A stretch of DNA of 64,000 nucleotides from Octopus vulgaris. Lineage: Eukaryota. The position numbers and the translations under genes are program-made. Shown one piece after another: positions 14,747 through 28,289 of this stretch; position 1 is the first letter of the stretch; the number at the start of each line of letters is the position of its first letter. Where the stretch lies: assembly GCA_951406725.2 (NCBI GenBank), contig OX597814.1, forward strand, positions 105,276,001 through 105,340,000, given 5' to 3'. Under the pieces are notes generated by a model, which was not told the DNA's origin, made no database searches, and saw only the letters and a program-made list of their open reading frames with translations.

Positions 14747-14920
14747 GGAAGCGCAATGGCCCGGTGGTTAGGGCAGCAGTTTCGATTCCCAGACCAGGCG
14801 TTGTGTGTGTTTATTGAGTGAAAACACCTAAAGCTCCACGAGGCTCTGGCAGGGGGTGGTGGCGACCCCTGTTGTACTCTTTCGCTCCAACTTTCTCTCA
14901 CTCTTTCTTCCTGTTTCTTG
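14747..14920 (+). mobile_element. tRNA-derived SINE (family C) 5' part
   Basis: A box TGGCCCGGTGG and B box GTTTCGATTCC. A related copy is at 9497-9765. Confidence 0.7.
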
Positions 14921-16533
14921 TCCCCGACTGCCTACGCAACCGCTGAGCCTGGATGCACATTCATCCATCCGTCGATGCTCTCGGTGTCGGGGGTTCACCT
15001 GCTTTCTCTTCTGCAGGTCTTACAAATAGCAAAGGACCACGTTTCGGACTTTTCCCACGAAGACCGCTTCGCCCAACAGCAAAAACAGCAGCAGCAAGGG
15101 AACATGCGCTGTAACAGCGCATCGCTGCATCCATCAGTTTTGTTGGTGACTCCCTACAAGACCTGGTGGGTGACACCTTTGTGCCACACATGTGACAAGC
15201 CTTCAGCTTAATTGATCAGTTCTGGGGCAATCGTCGCTGGTGAAGGTTTTACGCGGTTGAAGTGCAAATCCTACCTCAACTTGTTTTAGTCGCCTTTTTA
15301 TGACACAGAGAGGAAACGTTTAGGTCTATTCTTTAAAATGCAGGTCCCAACACAGCCGCAACAACAATATGAAAATGAAGAGTTTTGCTCAAGAACACAT
15401 CACGCGGCTTAGTTCAAGGAACGAACCCTCGATCTGGTGATCGTGAGTGCAACGTCTTATCCACTAGGCCTTCACACGGGGCTGTTATTGTGGCTGTTGA
15501 AATTGTTGTTGTTGTTGTTGTTGTTACCATCCTACTGACGAACAATCGTACACACTTCCAATGACCATCCCACCTGTTTCTATACAAAAGACTACGTTGT
15601 ACAATATGTTCTTTATGACACTTGGTGAGTGACGGGTGGGGGCATTTGGCTGCTGTTTCTAGCAGGTCGAGCGAATGCGAAGAATCTTCTTCGTTTGATC
15701 ACTCTGTTGTTGCTGTTGATGTTGTTGGTGTCGGTGGTGGGGGGAGGAGGTGAGTATTGGTTGTGATGGTCACTAAATACAACAACCATTACGTGAGTAG
15801 TTTCGGTGGAGGCAACATGGCGACGGTACTGTTGTTGGCAGTGATGGCGGTGGCGAGGGTGGGAGGTATGTGCTGTGGCGTTGGTAGTGGTTAGGGTTGA
15901 AATCGGTGTGGTGACACTGTACAAGTATGGGTGGTAGTGTTGTGGCGGTAAAAGCACAAGTTTTGGTGGTGCTAGTGGTGGTAGTGTTGGTGGTGGTGGT
16001 GATGGTGGTGATGGTGGTGGTGGTGGTGGTGGTAGTGTTGGTGGTGGAGGTGGTGGTGGTGGTGGTGTTGATGTTGGTGGTGGTGGTGGTGGTGGTGGTG
16101 GTGGTGGTGATGGTAATATAAATGGAGGTTATAGACGTAGTAACGGTGCTGGCGGTACAGGTAGAGGAGGCGGAGGCAGTTTTGTTGTTGTTGTTGTTGT
16201 TGTTGTCGTTGATGGTGGTGGTGGTAGCGGCGACGGTTGCGAGCGTGAAACTGCCTCAGTTTCCCTGATGTCACAAAAGAACAAACTGTCTGCTAATGGT
16301 TTTAGACATTAAAAGAAAAAAACAACAAAAAAAACAAAAAGCCGTCTTCCTTTGGCTTCGCTTCCAGCTCCTCACACAGCCGTTGTTAATAACGTTTGAT
16401 CATTGCAGGAGGAGGAGGGGGAGGAGGAGGAAAAAGAGAGAGAAATATCTGCACAATGCTCGCTGATCACTTTATCATAAACCTGAGCAGGATTTTTAAA
16501 TATTTTCTGTAAATGTGTGTGTGCGTGCGTGTG

Positions 16534-16600
<67 letters not shown>

Positions 16601-16799
16601 GTGCGTGCGCGCGCGCGCATGCTGGACAACTCAGCCCGGAGAGAAACTCTGAATAGACAGTCGACTTTTGATTGAAGAGAATACCATGTCTCTCCACTCA
16701 GATCATTGAGTTCCATATCAGATAAACGTTTGAACTATGTAGAATATATACTTAACACACAAGAATTTAGAAAGTTCGAGAGAACGTGAAATAATTAGC

Positions 16800-17083
16800 G
16801 GGTCGTTCTATCGCTGGTGTTACGTTCCAAAACCCCCCGCGATAGGTGAAAATCCGCGACGTAGAAACACTACTGTATATTTATTTTATTTACTTTTTTT
16901 TTTTGTTATTTTCATAATTTGTATATATTTATTTTATTATAAATGCAAGACAACACCACAGAAGAATCGACGTAAGCTTAAATAATAAACCGCGATAAGG
17001 GAACCGCGATTGGTGAACTGCGATAGGTGAACCACGATAGGTGAACTGCGATAGGTGAACCGCGATATCGCGAGGGATTACAG
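16800..17083. mobile_element. pogo/Tigger-like MITE with subterminal 14-bp tandem array
   Basis: Right end CGAGGGATTACAG-TA. Six copies of aac(c/t)gcgataggtg at 16988-17071. Confidence 0.55.
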
Positions 17084-17210
17084 TATTTATAATTTAATAT
17101 ATTCTATTATCTACAACAAGTGGATAAAGCTATAAAACCGAATATTTTACAATATCTACAGTGTATTATATTTTTACACACTTACATATCTTGTACAATA
17201 AATATAATAC

Positions 17211-17246
<36 letters not shown>

Positions 17247-17250
17247 TAAT

Positions 17251-17841
17251 AATAAATATAAGAGAGTGGTCACTATGTGGCTCATTCTAGCACTAGTAAA
17301 TCCAAAAGGTTTCAACCACAAAAAATACATGTTTCCCATGAAAGTCAGTACGATTGTTAGCTCACACGAACAGGGCAAATAAAAAATAACAAAAATACAG
17401 ATTATTTTGGGACAATTGTTTCGCTATTAATGAATTAAATGTAATTTTACTCACAAAAAACTCACTTGTAGCTCCTCAGCCAAAACTATCTGGATGAAAT
17501 CCACTCAATCACACGCTAGATTTTACCATAACGATAAATACACGTGTGGTTCAATTGATTACATCCGACGTTATAATTCAAATGCCCCTACCAAGAGCGC
17601 CAAACTTTCACGGAAACAAATACTACATTTAGAAATAAATGTACCATAATTATAATTAATTAATAAGGGTGAGAGAATTAGATACTAATTTAATAGTATA
17701 CCTATTCCACACCAAGTGGCCCAGTGCCCCGAGAAACCTGTATTATTATAATATTTTATAACATATTATAATATTTTATAAAAATAAATATAAGAGAGTG
17801 GTCACTATGTGGCTCACTCTAGCACTAGTAAATCCAAAAGG

Positions 17842-17843
<2 letters not shown>
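17251..17843 (-). mobile_element. Non-coding HHR mini-element with 61-bp terminal direct repeats (retrozyme/solo-pLTR-like)
   Basis: 17251-17311 matches 17783-17843 with 1 mismatch. The HHR is internal and (TA)n lies on both sides. Confidence 0.8.
17405..17485 (-). ncRNA. Type I hammerhead ribozyme, canonical core
   Basis: ttttgg-CTGAGGA-gcta..tagc-GAAA-caattg-TC-ccaaaa. Confidence 0.85.
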
Positions 17844-17927
<84 letters not shown>

Positions 17928-18309
17928 TTCGTTTTCGTATTGGGTTTGCAAGATTCTTGATGTGGGTTCATGTTGTGAAAAAATTATTGGTTTTTCTTTA
18001 GAGGAGTATTACCCCAGTAATAATAATGGTGATGATAATAAATACACGCACCGGTTCAATATCACTTCTGTGTCGCTTGTTACTCAGTGAAATATCTAAG
18101 CAACTAAATGATCATTTGTTTGTTTAATGTGTTGGATGAGGTCACGAATAACGACAATAAGAGTTAGATAAAGAAACAAACAACACATTAAAACAAATTA
18201 TCGTTAGTAAGGTGCTTCGACCTCCTACCCCAAGGCACAGCAATATGTATGTGTGTGTGTGTGTATGTGTGTGTGTGTGCGTGTACATACATACATACAC
18301 ATATATATA

Positions 18310-19198
18310 CAGGATGCGGTGAATGAACTGTCGTCTACATTACGCAAAAATGAAAATAACACTGACATCTCATTTTAACAGATATATTTACCAAAATTAC
18401 ATAAAAATATCTTGAACTACTAAGCAGTAAATTTATTCAATAAAATCGCCATTGGTTTCAACCATGTCCTCCAGACGACTTCGGAATTTCCTGCAACTCT
18501 TTTGGACAGTCTCCTTGTTTAAGTTGGTGAACGCTACCATAATCTTTGCCTTCAGTTCATCTTTGGGGTTACATGGAGTTTTGTTGGTCTCTCGCTCAAC
18601 TGTGCCCCACACATAATAATGAAGTGGGTTGCAGTCTTGGGAATTAGGTGACCAGATGTTAGGGGCGATGTGGTCGCAGAAATTGTCTGACAGCCTTGAC
18701 TAGGTTCTCCTACTTGTGTGGCATGGTGCAGAGTCCTGTTGCCTGTCTTAGAGTCTTCCAGCAGCCACCCTCTTGACCCAGGGCAGTACTACCTCCTCCA
18801 CGCACTTGATGTAGGCCTCCGTGTTGAGTCTGAGGCGGTGTGGGAAGATGAATGGAGGCATAATGTCGCCAATCACTAGTGATCACTCCAAACACCATGA
18901 TGTTGACTGGATGTTTGATTTTTATCACTCTCGGTACATGTCCTCAGATTGCACTCTCCTTAGATTGACACCCAAACACTCTCTGAAATGTTCATATTGG
19001 AGGTTCTGGCGCGAATGCTAAGCAGTACAGCATGTCATTTCCAAATTTCTGATAGAGTGAATTGCGTCATAGTGCTGTTTTCTAACAGACAGTGCCCAGC
19101 TGACCCTACCATGCTGTGTCATCGACAAAATCAAAAAGACAATGTGCATGCGCGAAATTAAGAATATAAAATAGCGACAGTTTACCCATCGCACCCTG
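18310..19198 (-). mobile_element. Tc1/mariner (DD37D maT-like) element, internally deleted, TIRs and TA TSDs intact
   Basis: TA-CAGGATGCGGTGAATGAACTGTCG ... CGACAGTTTACCCATCGCACCCTG-TA. Transposase remnants are MVFGVITSD, QQDSAPCHTS and WSPNSQDCNPLHYYVWG. Confidence 0.88.
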
Positions 19199-19814
19199 TA
19201 TGTGTGTGTGTGTCTGTCTGTATATAGGTTCCTATAGAACCAGCTGTAGACAATTGATGCCATCTAGTTTGCCCAATGGCAGATATAAAACTTTGGGTAA
19301 TCCCACGACGGGAAATAAAAAAAAAACTAACCATTTTATGAGATAATATTTGAGTAAGTGTCGGGGCACCGCATGATGATATCGTTGCCATGTCTTCATA
19401 ACTAGCACCATACTCTTGTATTGATAGTGGAAGAGGCGTAATAAGTGATTATATATTCAGCGTTTGCGATGTGTGAGATGGCTGTCATCGCAAATCAATT
19501 GTTCACGACCGAGATCTGTTGAACCAATGAGACGGCAGAATAGCTTCATATTGGACCAAGTGGCTGGAGATTTGAAACCATTTGTCCAGTAGAGCTGATG
19601 ATGGTAGGCGATTGAAGAATCAACTTTGGTAAGGTGCAGTGGTGATGGTGGAACCGTGGGGGTGGAAGTAGGAGTGATGAAAGTAGCTGAAGCATTATGG
19701 GAGGAAGAAGTAAAACCATTTCGATATTCATTTATGTATAAAGTCGATATATATGCATATATGTGCCTGTGTGAGTGTGTGTGTATGTGTGTGTGTGAGT
19801 GCGTGTGTGTATGC

Positions 19815-19876
<62 letters not shown>

Positions 19877-19910
19877 ATACGTGTGTGTGTGTGCATATCA
19901 TATATATATA

Positions 19911-19948
<38 letters not shown>

Positions 19949-19950
<2 letters not shown>

Positions 19951-20121
19951 CGTAGGAGTGGCTGTGTGGTAAGTAGCTTGCTTACGAACCACATGGTTCC
20001 GGGTTCAGTCCCACTGCGTGGCACCTTGGGTGAGTGTCTTCTACTATAGCCTTGGGCCGACCAAAGCCTTGTGAGTGTATTTGATAGACGGAAACTGAAA
20101 GAAGCCCGTCGTATATATGTG

Positions 20122-20174
<53 letters not shown>

Positions 20175-20383
20175 TTGTGTGTCTGTGTTTGTCCCCCCAA
20201 CATCGCTTGACAACCGATGCTGGTGTGTTTACGTCCCCGTAACTTAGCGGTTCGGCAAAAGAGACCGATAGAATAAGTACTAGGCTTACGAAGAATAAGT
20301 CCTGAGATCGATTTGCTCGACTAAAGGCGGTGCTCCAGCATGGCCACAGTCAAATGACTGAAACAAATAAAAGAGTAAAAAGT
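19949..20383 (+). mobile_element. Full-length octopus tRNA-derived SINE (family A, CORE-like)
   Basis: ggcgtaggagtggctgtgtggtaag...ggttcagtccc...ccttgggtgagtgtctt...tgactgaaac-aaaagag tail. Many other copies are in the window. Confidence 0.9.
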
Positions 20384-20397
20384 ATACACATACATAA

Positions 20398-20465
<68 letters not shown>

Positions 20466-20996
20466 CCGTAGCATGAAATGTGTACAATTTTAATCCTTTA
20501 GCGAACGCTGAGTGTTGACAGGCACTTACATGCGTATACAGAGGCAAACAAACGCATATATTAGTTATATATGTGTACGTAGAATGCGTGTGTGTGCGTG
20601 CGCGCGCGTAAACATCCATGTATATAACCAGTCACCTATGGGCACACGCACACATACATATATATATATGTGTGTGTGGATGTATGTGCATATAAGTATA
20701 TGTGTGTGTCTGTCTATGTGTAAATGTATTCATATGTATACGTGTGTGTGTGTGCGTGCACGTGTGTATACATCCATTTATATATATATATATATATATA
20801 TCCAGTTACCTATAGGCACACATATATATATGTGTAAGTGTATATATGTGTTTGTTTCTGTGTAAGCATATATGTGTGTTATTTGTGTGTATGCGAGTGT
20901 GTAAATGTATGCTTGTCTGTGTGTGTGCGTGCGTATTATTTACAGGTTCATATCAGCAGAAACCACTCTGTGTCTCATGTTTGCAGAAAACTACGC

Positions 20997-21079
20997 CACA
21001 CCTGATGAAACTCATTAAGTTCAGAGCCAGGCTTTAGTTTCTGACTGAGTAAACATTTCATAGATGTGAAGTCGGTGTG
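20997..21079 (+). ncRNA. Possible degenerate HHR
   Basis: cacac-CTGATGA-a-actca..tgagt-(G missing)AAA-c..g-TC-g-gtgtg. Confidence 0.3.
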
Positions 21080-21504
21080 TGTTTACACTCAGCCCTCTCA
21101 CCTCAACCACCAGCGCCGCCACCGCCGCCACCACCGCCACCACCACCACCGCCGCCGCCATTGCGTCATCCAATGCATTCACGTTACAGCTACGTAACAT
21201 GCATGATTACAGACGGGAAACGTAAATCTCGGCTGTAACTTCACCAGGTATTCTCTTACCTGAGACATTATTATTCGGGAGAAGGAATTCTTGTTAATAA
21301 GATTAAGTATAGTAAGGCTTGGTGCTTCAAGATCGACGGATGGCAGAGACTGCAAGGAAGAATCGCAAAGCTGTGGGCGTTTTACAAGGTGGAGAAAAAA
21401 AAAAACCCATTACATAATACACTCATACATACACACATACATACATACATACATACATACACACATGCATACATACGTAGATAGATAGACAGACAGATAG
21501 ATAG

Positions 21505-21581
21505 ACCTCAATATATGTAATTTTTATATATACATGCATACATATATATATATATGTATATATATGTATATATATGTAAAT

Positions 21582-21617
<36 letters not shown>

Positions 21618-21622
21618 GTATA

Positions 21623-21673
<51 letters not shown>

Positions 21674-21710
21674 GTATATATATATGTATATATATATGTA
21701 TATATATATG

Positions 21711-21741
<31 letters not shown>

Positions 21742-22000
21742 GTATATATATAAGTATATATATATATGTATATATATATGTATATATATATGTATATATA
21801 TATATATATGTATATATATACATATGTATATATATATGTATATATATATATGTATATATGTATGTATATGCATATATATATATATGTATATATATGTATA
21901 TATACATGTATATATATATGTGTGTGTGTATATATACATGTATATATATATATGTATATATATGTATGTATTTATATATATATATGTATGTATTTATATT

Positions 22001-22035
<35 letters not shown>
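21505..22035. repeat. (TA)n/(TATATATATG)n compound microsatellite
   Basis: Seen directly. It is one of dozens of similar tracts, e.g. 12033-12580 and 51935-53760. Confidence 0.95.
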
Positions 22036-22036
<1 letters not shown>

Positions 22037-22046
22037 TGTTGAAATA

Positions 22047-22631
22047 GAAAGATGAATTTTCTTGTAACAGATTATTCAAAGGTTTAACCGATACCTGGGT
22101 AGCAAAAATCACAGCGGAAAACAGCACGGTTGGAGATAAGACCATTTGGTGTTGCAACCGTGCGTTGGAGCAGATAATTGAAGTTTAATATTATTAGTGA
22201 ATGGAATAAATGGAGTTGAACGAAGATTGTACAGAATACCTTTTATTACATTCTACACATGTTTCGAAGGCCACAAATTTCCAAATTCTGTTTAAATAAG
22301 GGTACCATATTGCGGCTTTCTCTTCAGGAAAAAAAAAAAAAAGGAATTCCGTTGACAGGACAAAACAAAACAGAGGCACAGCAATTCGAACGAAGATGCT
22401 CCTTAAGTTCAGCCATGGGCTCTTAAGGAGCATCTTCGTTCAGAATTGCTGTGCCTCTGTTTTGTTTTGTCCTGTGAACGGAATTCCTATTTTTTTCCTG
22501 AAGAGAAAGCCGCAATATGGTACCCTTATTTAAACAGAATTTGGAAATTTGTGGCCTTCAGAAACATGTAGAATGTAATAAAAGGTATTCTGTACAATCT
22601 TCGTTCAACTCCATTTATTCCATTCATAATA

Positions 22632-22633
<2 letters not shown>
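22047..22633. mobile_element. ORF-less fold-back element derived from a PLE pLTR, with a ~440-bp palindrome and an HHR in each arm
   Basis: Arms are 22190-22407 and 22422-22633. It shares taaccgatacctgggtagcaaa, aatggagttgaacga and ccatgggctc with the 29371-33365 pLTR. HHRs are at 22251-22330 (-) and 22495-22573 (+). Confidence 0.85.
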
Positions 22634-22703
<70 letters not shown>

Positions 22704-22704
22704 A

Positions 22705-22747
<43 letters not shown>

Positions 22748-22749
<2 letters not shown>

Positions 22750-22926
22750 AGCGTTGAACTTTGCACATTTTTTCTCTCCGTATTTTTTATCCTCTTAATC
22801 CTTTCTGTCGAAGAGCGTAGGCGCGAAACGTAAAAGACTTTTCCATTTTTAAAGCGTGTTAAACTAATACACCTGCTTGTTGTTACTACACCTGTCATTG
22901 TCTTTTGTTATCTGTAAATTTGAACT
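22748..22926 (+). mobile_element. Second copy of variant-HHR element (HHR 22801-22836)
   Basis: cttt-CTGTCGA-a-gagc-gtag-gcgc-GAAA-cg-TA-aaag, and a shared tail (aaactaatacacctg...). It is flanked by (TA)n. Confidence 0.65.
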
Positions 22927-23872
22927 ATATATATGTGTGTTTATGTGTGTTTGTGTGAGTGTGCGTGTGTGTGTTGGTGGATGTATGCAATTATGTATAT
23001 GTGTGTTTATATGTATGTATTTATATGTGCGTATGTGTGTACAAAAGTGTCTATCCAGGGGCAATATTCTGTCAGCAAAAATTAATGTTTCCGATTTTGT
23101 TGTATATGAGTTTGATTCAGTATCGATGCAATCCGACCAATGTAATAAAGTCGATATGTCATAGAAACATGGAGAATAAATAATCTGAAAGTGTGTAAAA
23201 TTATCTTTGAGCAACACCAAATCTCTCTTGATATTTAGAATTAAATTCCGATAGTCTGTCATGCCATGTAATCGATGTGTGTTCTTGCTTCAGTATTTTC
23301 GTCTCAGCTATAAACTACGAGATTCTACACCCCACCGCCCTCCGTTCAGCTTGCTTCATGCGTAGGCATTTCATTGTAAACCTTCGAGGAAGCCACTTAA
23401 CACGATGTGTCTTCACATTTCAACTTTCATGTGCTAAATACTTACATTAGAAAATACACTTTTTTGTCTGTGGGTGAGATAGGCAACGAAAGTGTTTTTA
23501 TGAAGACGGAAAACGTCTTTCTCATAAATTTGTGAAATTCAAGAATTGAAGAATTCAAAAATATTCGTTGTTATTTATGATCTTCTTTTTTTTTCTCAGA
23601 GTTGTAACATAATTCTTTTCATTGCTGCTGAGAATCCCCAAGATATTTCATTTCAGTTTTCTATTTCAAAATATTCTTCCCAAAATGTTATAGATTCTCC
23701 AAAATGAATCATCAGCTGTCTCTAGGAATACAGTCCGGAAAGCGACATTATGGATCGAAAAATATTCACTATGGACAGGAAAATGTTTCCTACATACACA
23801 CATACATACATACATACATACATACATACATACATACATACATACATACATACATACATGCATGCATGCATG

Positions 23873-23904
<32 letters not shown>

Positions 23905-24146
23905 CATACATATATACATACATATACATATATGCATACATATACATACATATATGCATACATATACATATACAGATATGCATATGTACGTATGTGTATA
24001 TATAATGAGGGAGATAAATTGAATATTAATTTAATTAATATCAATTTAAAACCAGTAGCCTAGCATATAAAAAATTTTTTAATCAGAAAAAAATTCAATA
24101 CATGTGTATATATAGATAGATAGAAATAAATAATACACACACACAT

Positions 24147-24266
<120 letters not shown>

Positions 24267-24494
24267 TTAAATACATGGGAAGTTTGGGGGAGTAGTGTTT
24301 AGGGAGAGGTATTTCACTCGCAATTGGTAGGTTGTTGGTTCGCATTCCCAAACCGAGCGGTGCGAAGTGTTCTTCAGCAAAACACATTTTACCGACTAGA
24401 TTATAGAATATTTAAGAATAAGATTTCATTCTTATAGAATCGATAAGCTTGTCAGTGCAAAGTGGCATATAAAGAGATGGGAAACTTAACATGA

Positions 24495-24626
24495 TCCAGC
24501 ACCTGATGAAGCGCCGGTACACAGTTGTTACTGGACCATTTATGTAATTACTTATTAAATAATTTATGTAATGATATGACAATGAAAACTCAGCAACTTT
24601 CAGCTGCACAGAAACAGTTGTATGGA
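24495..24626 (+). ncRNA. Degenerate HHR with long stem II
   Basis: tcca(gcac)-CTGATGA-...gcaca-GAAA-cagttg-TA-tgga, overlapping an AATAAA. Confidence 0.4.
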
Positions 24627-24696
24627 ATAAACATGAGAGCATGCTTCTTTATTCCATCTTCTGATATAAATTTTGGTACGTACATACATACATACA

Positions 24697-24754
<58 letters not shown>

Positions 24755-25116
24755 TATGTACGAATGTGTATGTGTATATATGTATATGTGTGTATATGTA
24801 TTTATGCATGTCTATATATGAATATATGCACATATGCATATGACACACCTGACCTTCATGCACACACGCACAAACGTACTTTCTCTCTCACACGCATCTC
24901 AGGTTATTGCTGTCGCCTTTGTCTGCACACCACACTCTCAGTTCTTTTCCCCCCAGTCATTACATTGAGACACGTTTGTCCTTTTCCCTCCATTTTTTCC
25001 GATCTCATCTGTTTTTTTCCGAAGAAGAGTTTATGCTCGAAATGTTCCAAATTTCTAAATTTCCCCAGCGTAAACCTCATACACCCTGTCATTGTTATTT
25101 GGGCTATTTTACCGTA

Positions 25117-25534
25117 TCTTTTATCTTTTTTATGTTTTAATCATTAAACTTCGACCATGCTGGAGCACGATCACCACCACGTAGGATTTTTAGTCGAACG
25201 AATCGACTCCAGTATCTATTCTATCGGTCTGCTTACTGGACCGCTAAGTTACGGGAGAATAAACATGCCAACACCGGTTGTCGGGCAATGATAGGGACAA
25301 ACACAAACTAAAGCACACACACTCATAGATATATATGTGTGTGTGTGTGAGTGTGTGTGTATGTGTGTGTATGTATCGAAATTCTTTCAGCTTCCGTCTA
25401 CCAAATCCATTGATAATGTTTTAGTCGGCTTGTGGTTATCGTAGAAAACATTTGTCCAAGATTCCACACAGTGGGACTGAACCCGGAGCCATGTGGTTGG
25501 GAAGTAAACTTCTCACTACATAGTCATGCCTACA
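25117..25534 (-). mobile_element. Family A SINE, diverged full length
   Basis: Homology to 19949-20383. Confidence 0.8.
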
Positions 25535-26165
25535 TATTCGTCTTCTTTTTCTTTTTACTTTTGGTCCCATGTCGACATGAATAAACGTTGTTCTTTTAAT
25601 GCCATATGTTTTTAAGTCTCACCCTATCAACCACACCGATCCCTTCACACCCTGCTTTATCATTCAGCAGCCCATCTCATATATCATTACGATTATCTAC
25701 TGCAGCCAACATTCTGACCCTCAAACAAATTAGGACTTTCTTTTGTTTTCCCGGTTTGTTTGCGTGTCTGAGCATATGTCTGATCTGGTTGGTCTCAGAA
25801 ACTAGTCAAAATACAAACTCCAAATGTATTTACGCAGATTTAAATGTTTAAGCTAGCAGAATAGGAATGAAAAAATTTACTGTTTGTTCATAGAAAGGTT
25901 GTATTAACATGTTATTTAGATCCGCGTCAGGAGGTTTACAGGTTATGGAAAAAACAAAAAGAAATCAGTTACAGGAACACCGAGCTGCCATAGAAATACG
26001 GAAGGTGTACAGCGACACAATTACCTACATCTAATGGTATCCATAACAGCTTGTACTCTAAAATACATTAAAACATTGCTCCCCTATTGGAGTTAACAAA
26101 TTCATTACCAACAGACAGAGAGAAAGACATACATACATACATACATACATACATACATACATACA

Positions 26166-26201
<36 letters not shown>

Positions 26202-26224
26202 TATATACGTATATATATATATAT

Positions 26225-26505
26225 TCAAAAAGACGATTGGGTCACCGTTGACTACTCATGAATTGCTTCGCCTGCATATCTGTGCAAACCTTTCAATGCC
26301 GTGTTATGCTATGAGGTCTGCAAATCTAATTCGAGGCCTCAAAAGACATTTGAAGATCCACATGGTGGTCCAAATCGGATATGCAATCTATGTGGGTGTC
26401 TTTTCAATACATTGTCTAGTTTAGAAAGCCACATCAGACACAATGATGGATCTATGGTTTGAGTACAAGATGTGGCCAGACTTTGCATAAGGAATGAACA
26501 ACCAC
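26225..26505 (+). mobile_element. RTE-like 3' tip with decayed C2H2 fingers
   Basis: GLKRHLKIH and ICNLCGCLFNTLSSLESHIRH. Confidence 0.45.
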
Positions 26506-27832
26506 ACACATATATATATATATAGTATTTATCAACTTAACCGGTTTCACTTTTTTTAATTTCAAACGTAAAGTGTAAAGTTTTGTATATCCTCTGTGGT
26601 GTCAAAAATTTGTTTTACAAAAATGTATTCCAATCAAATGATAAAGTCTTTGACAATGATGAGAAAAGGTTCGAGGCTTTGTGTATCGGCTGTGATGAGT
26701 CAAAAAATAGATTACATAAAAACATTCAGATCATGTAATCAAGTTCTTTTTTATAATGGTAAGAAGAAAACATTAGTCTACGTGAATATATCCCGATCAA
26801 GTAATAGTGTCTTTGACAAGAATATAAAATATGTAACAGACCATTTACAGTTCTCGGTTCTGACTTCTAAGGGTCTTGCATCTGGCTAGAGTTTGGATCT
26901 AGCTGCCATTGCCAAACTCCGGCCAGATGCAAGACCCTTAGAAACCAGAATCGAGAACTTTATATGTCGGTTTTCAAAAATAATATATGGAAAAATAAAA
27001 AAACAAGTTGAGTCATTTTACTTGACTTTACGTCTGACTGCCACAAATTTTGGAATCGAAAAATCACTAGAAAACCGTTAAAGGCACATGAAATCATGAT
27101 ACTGTAAAATTAATAAAAATAAAAGCATATAAAATCATATTAAAATACGTACAGTAAATGTTAAGATACACACCCTAAAGTAGTGTAGCTTAGTGAACGA
27201 AGCTTTTGCACCTTATAATGTAGTCCTTGGGGAAAAGAAGAAAACAGTTCAAGGAACTCTCAACCAGTTTTTAAGTGCATCAAACAACAAGAACAGCCAG
27301 GGTCAGTTGTTGATGTTGATGGTCCACAGCTATCTACAAGTGGATTTATTCTGCATTTGCTTCCATAGCATGTATGTGCGTATATGTGTATACCAAATTT
27401 TATGTACGTTTTGGTAAATTTAAAACAATTTAGCTCTTTTTTTTACTATTGCAAATTAATAATAATTACTGAATTTGTATTTTTGAGCTTAAAAAAGGCT
27501 TTTATTTTACAATATCTTATTGCATACCGCATTCATACATAAAGCGTCCGCGATGTACGTTAAACACCGCCAAATTGTATTCGTAAATTTAGATTATTTT
27601 TTTTGTTACTGTACTGTATCAGAAAATAAAAATTATTTGTTTTTAAGCTTAAAATAGGTTTTTATTAACCATGTATTATTGAAAATGCATTCATAAATAA
27701 AGTACGGAACTGGAAATGGTAATTAACGGTTTAGCTTAGAGACAAATAAATTCAGCCTAGCCTAGCCTAGAGACAGGTTAATTCGACATAAGTCGTGTCT
27801 CTTGGAACCAGTTAACAACGTAGGGTGAGGTA

Positions 27833-27881
<49 letters not shown>

Positions 27882-27908
27882 GTTTGCATGTATATATATA
27901 TGTGTGTG

Positions 27909-27984
<76 letters not shown>

Positions 27985-28223
27985 TATATGTATGTGTGCG
28001 TGTTACAAATATAATTACATTGTGCATTAACGCGTGCACACACACACAAGCACTTAGCGATACAAATATAGGAAAGATTGTTTTATCTATTTATTAAAAA
28101 AATCTTTTACTGCAATGTAAAAGGAGATCACTCGACAAACTTCCGGACAAACATAGCAGTGTGTATATGCGCGCGCAGACACACACATATATATATACAC
28201 GTATACATACAGAAATAGTGTAA

Positions 28224-28288
<65 letters not shown>

Positions 28289-28289
<1 letters not shown>

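Noticed and set aside
16988-17071. CRISPR-like or iteron array
   Set aside because: It is a spacerless 14-bp tandem at a MITE end in eukaryotic DNA.
19461-19628. Possible host exon (AG...GTAAGG)
   Set aside because: The longest frame stops inside it and there is no recognisable protein similarity.
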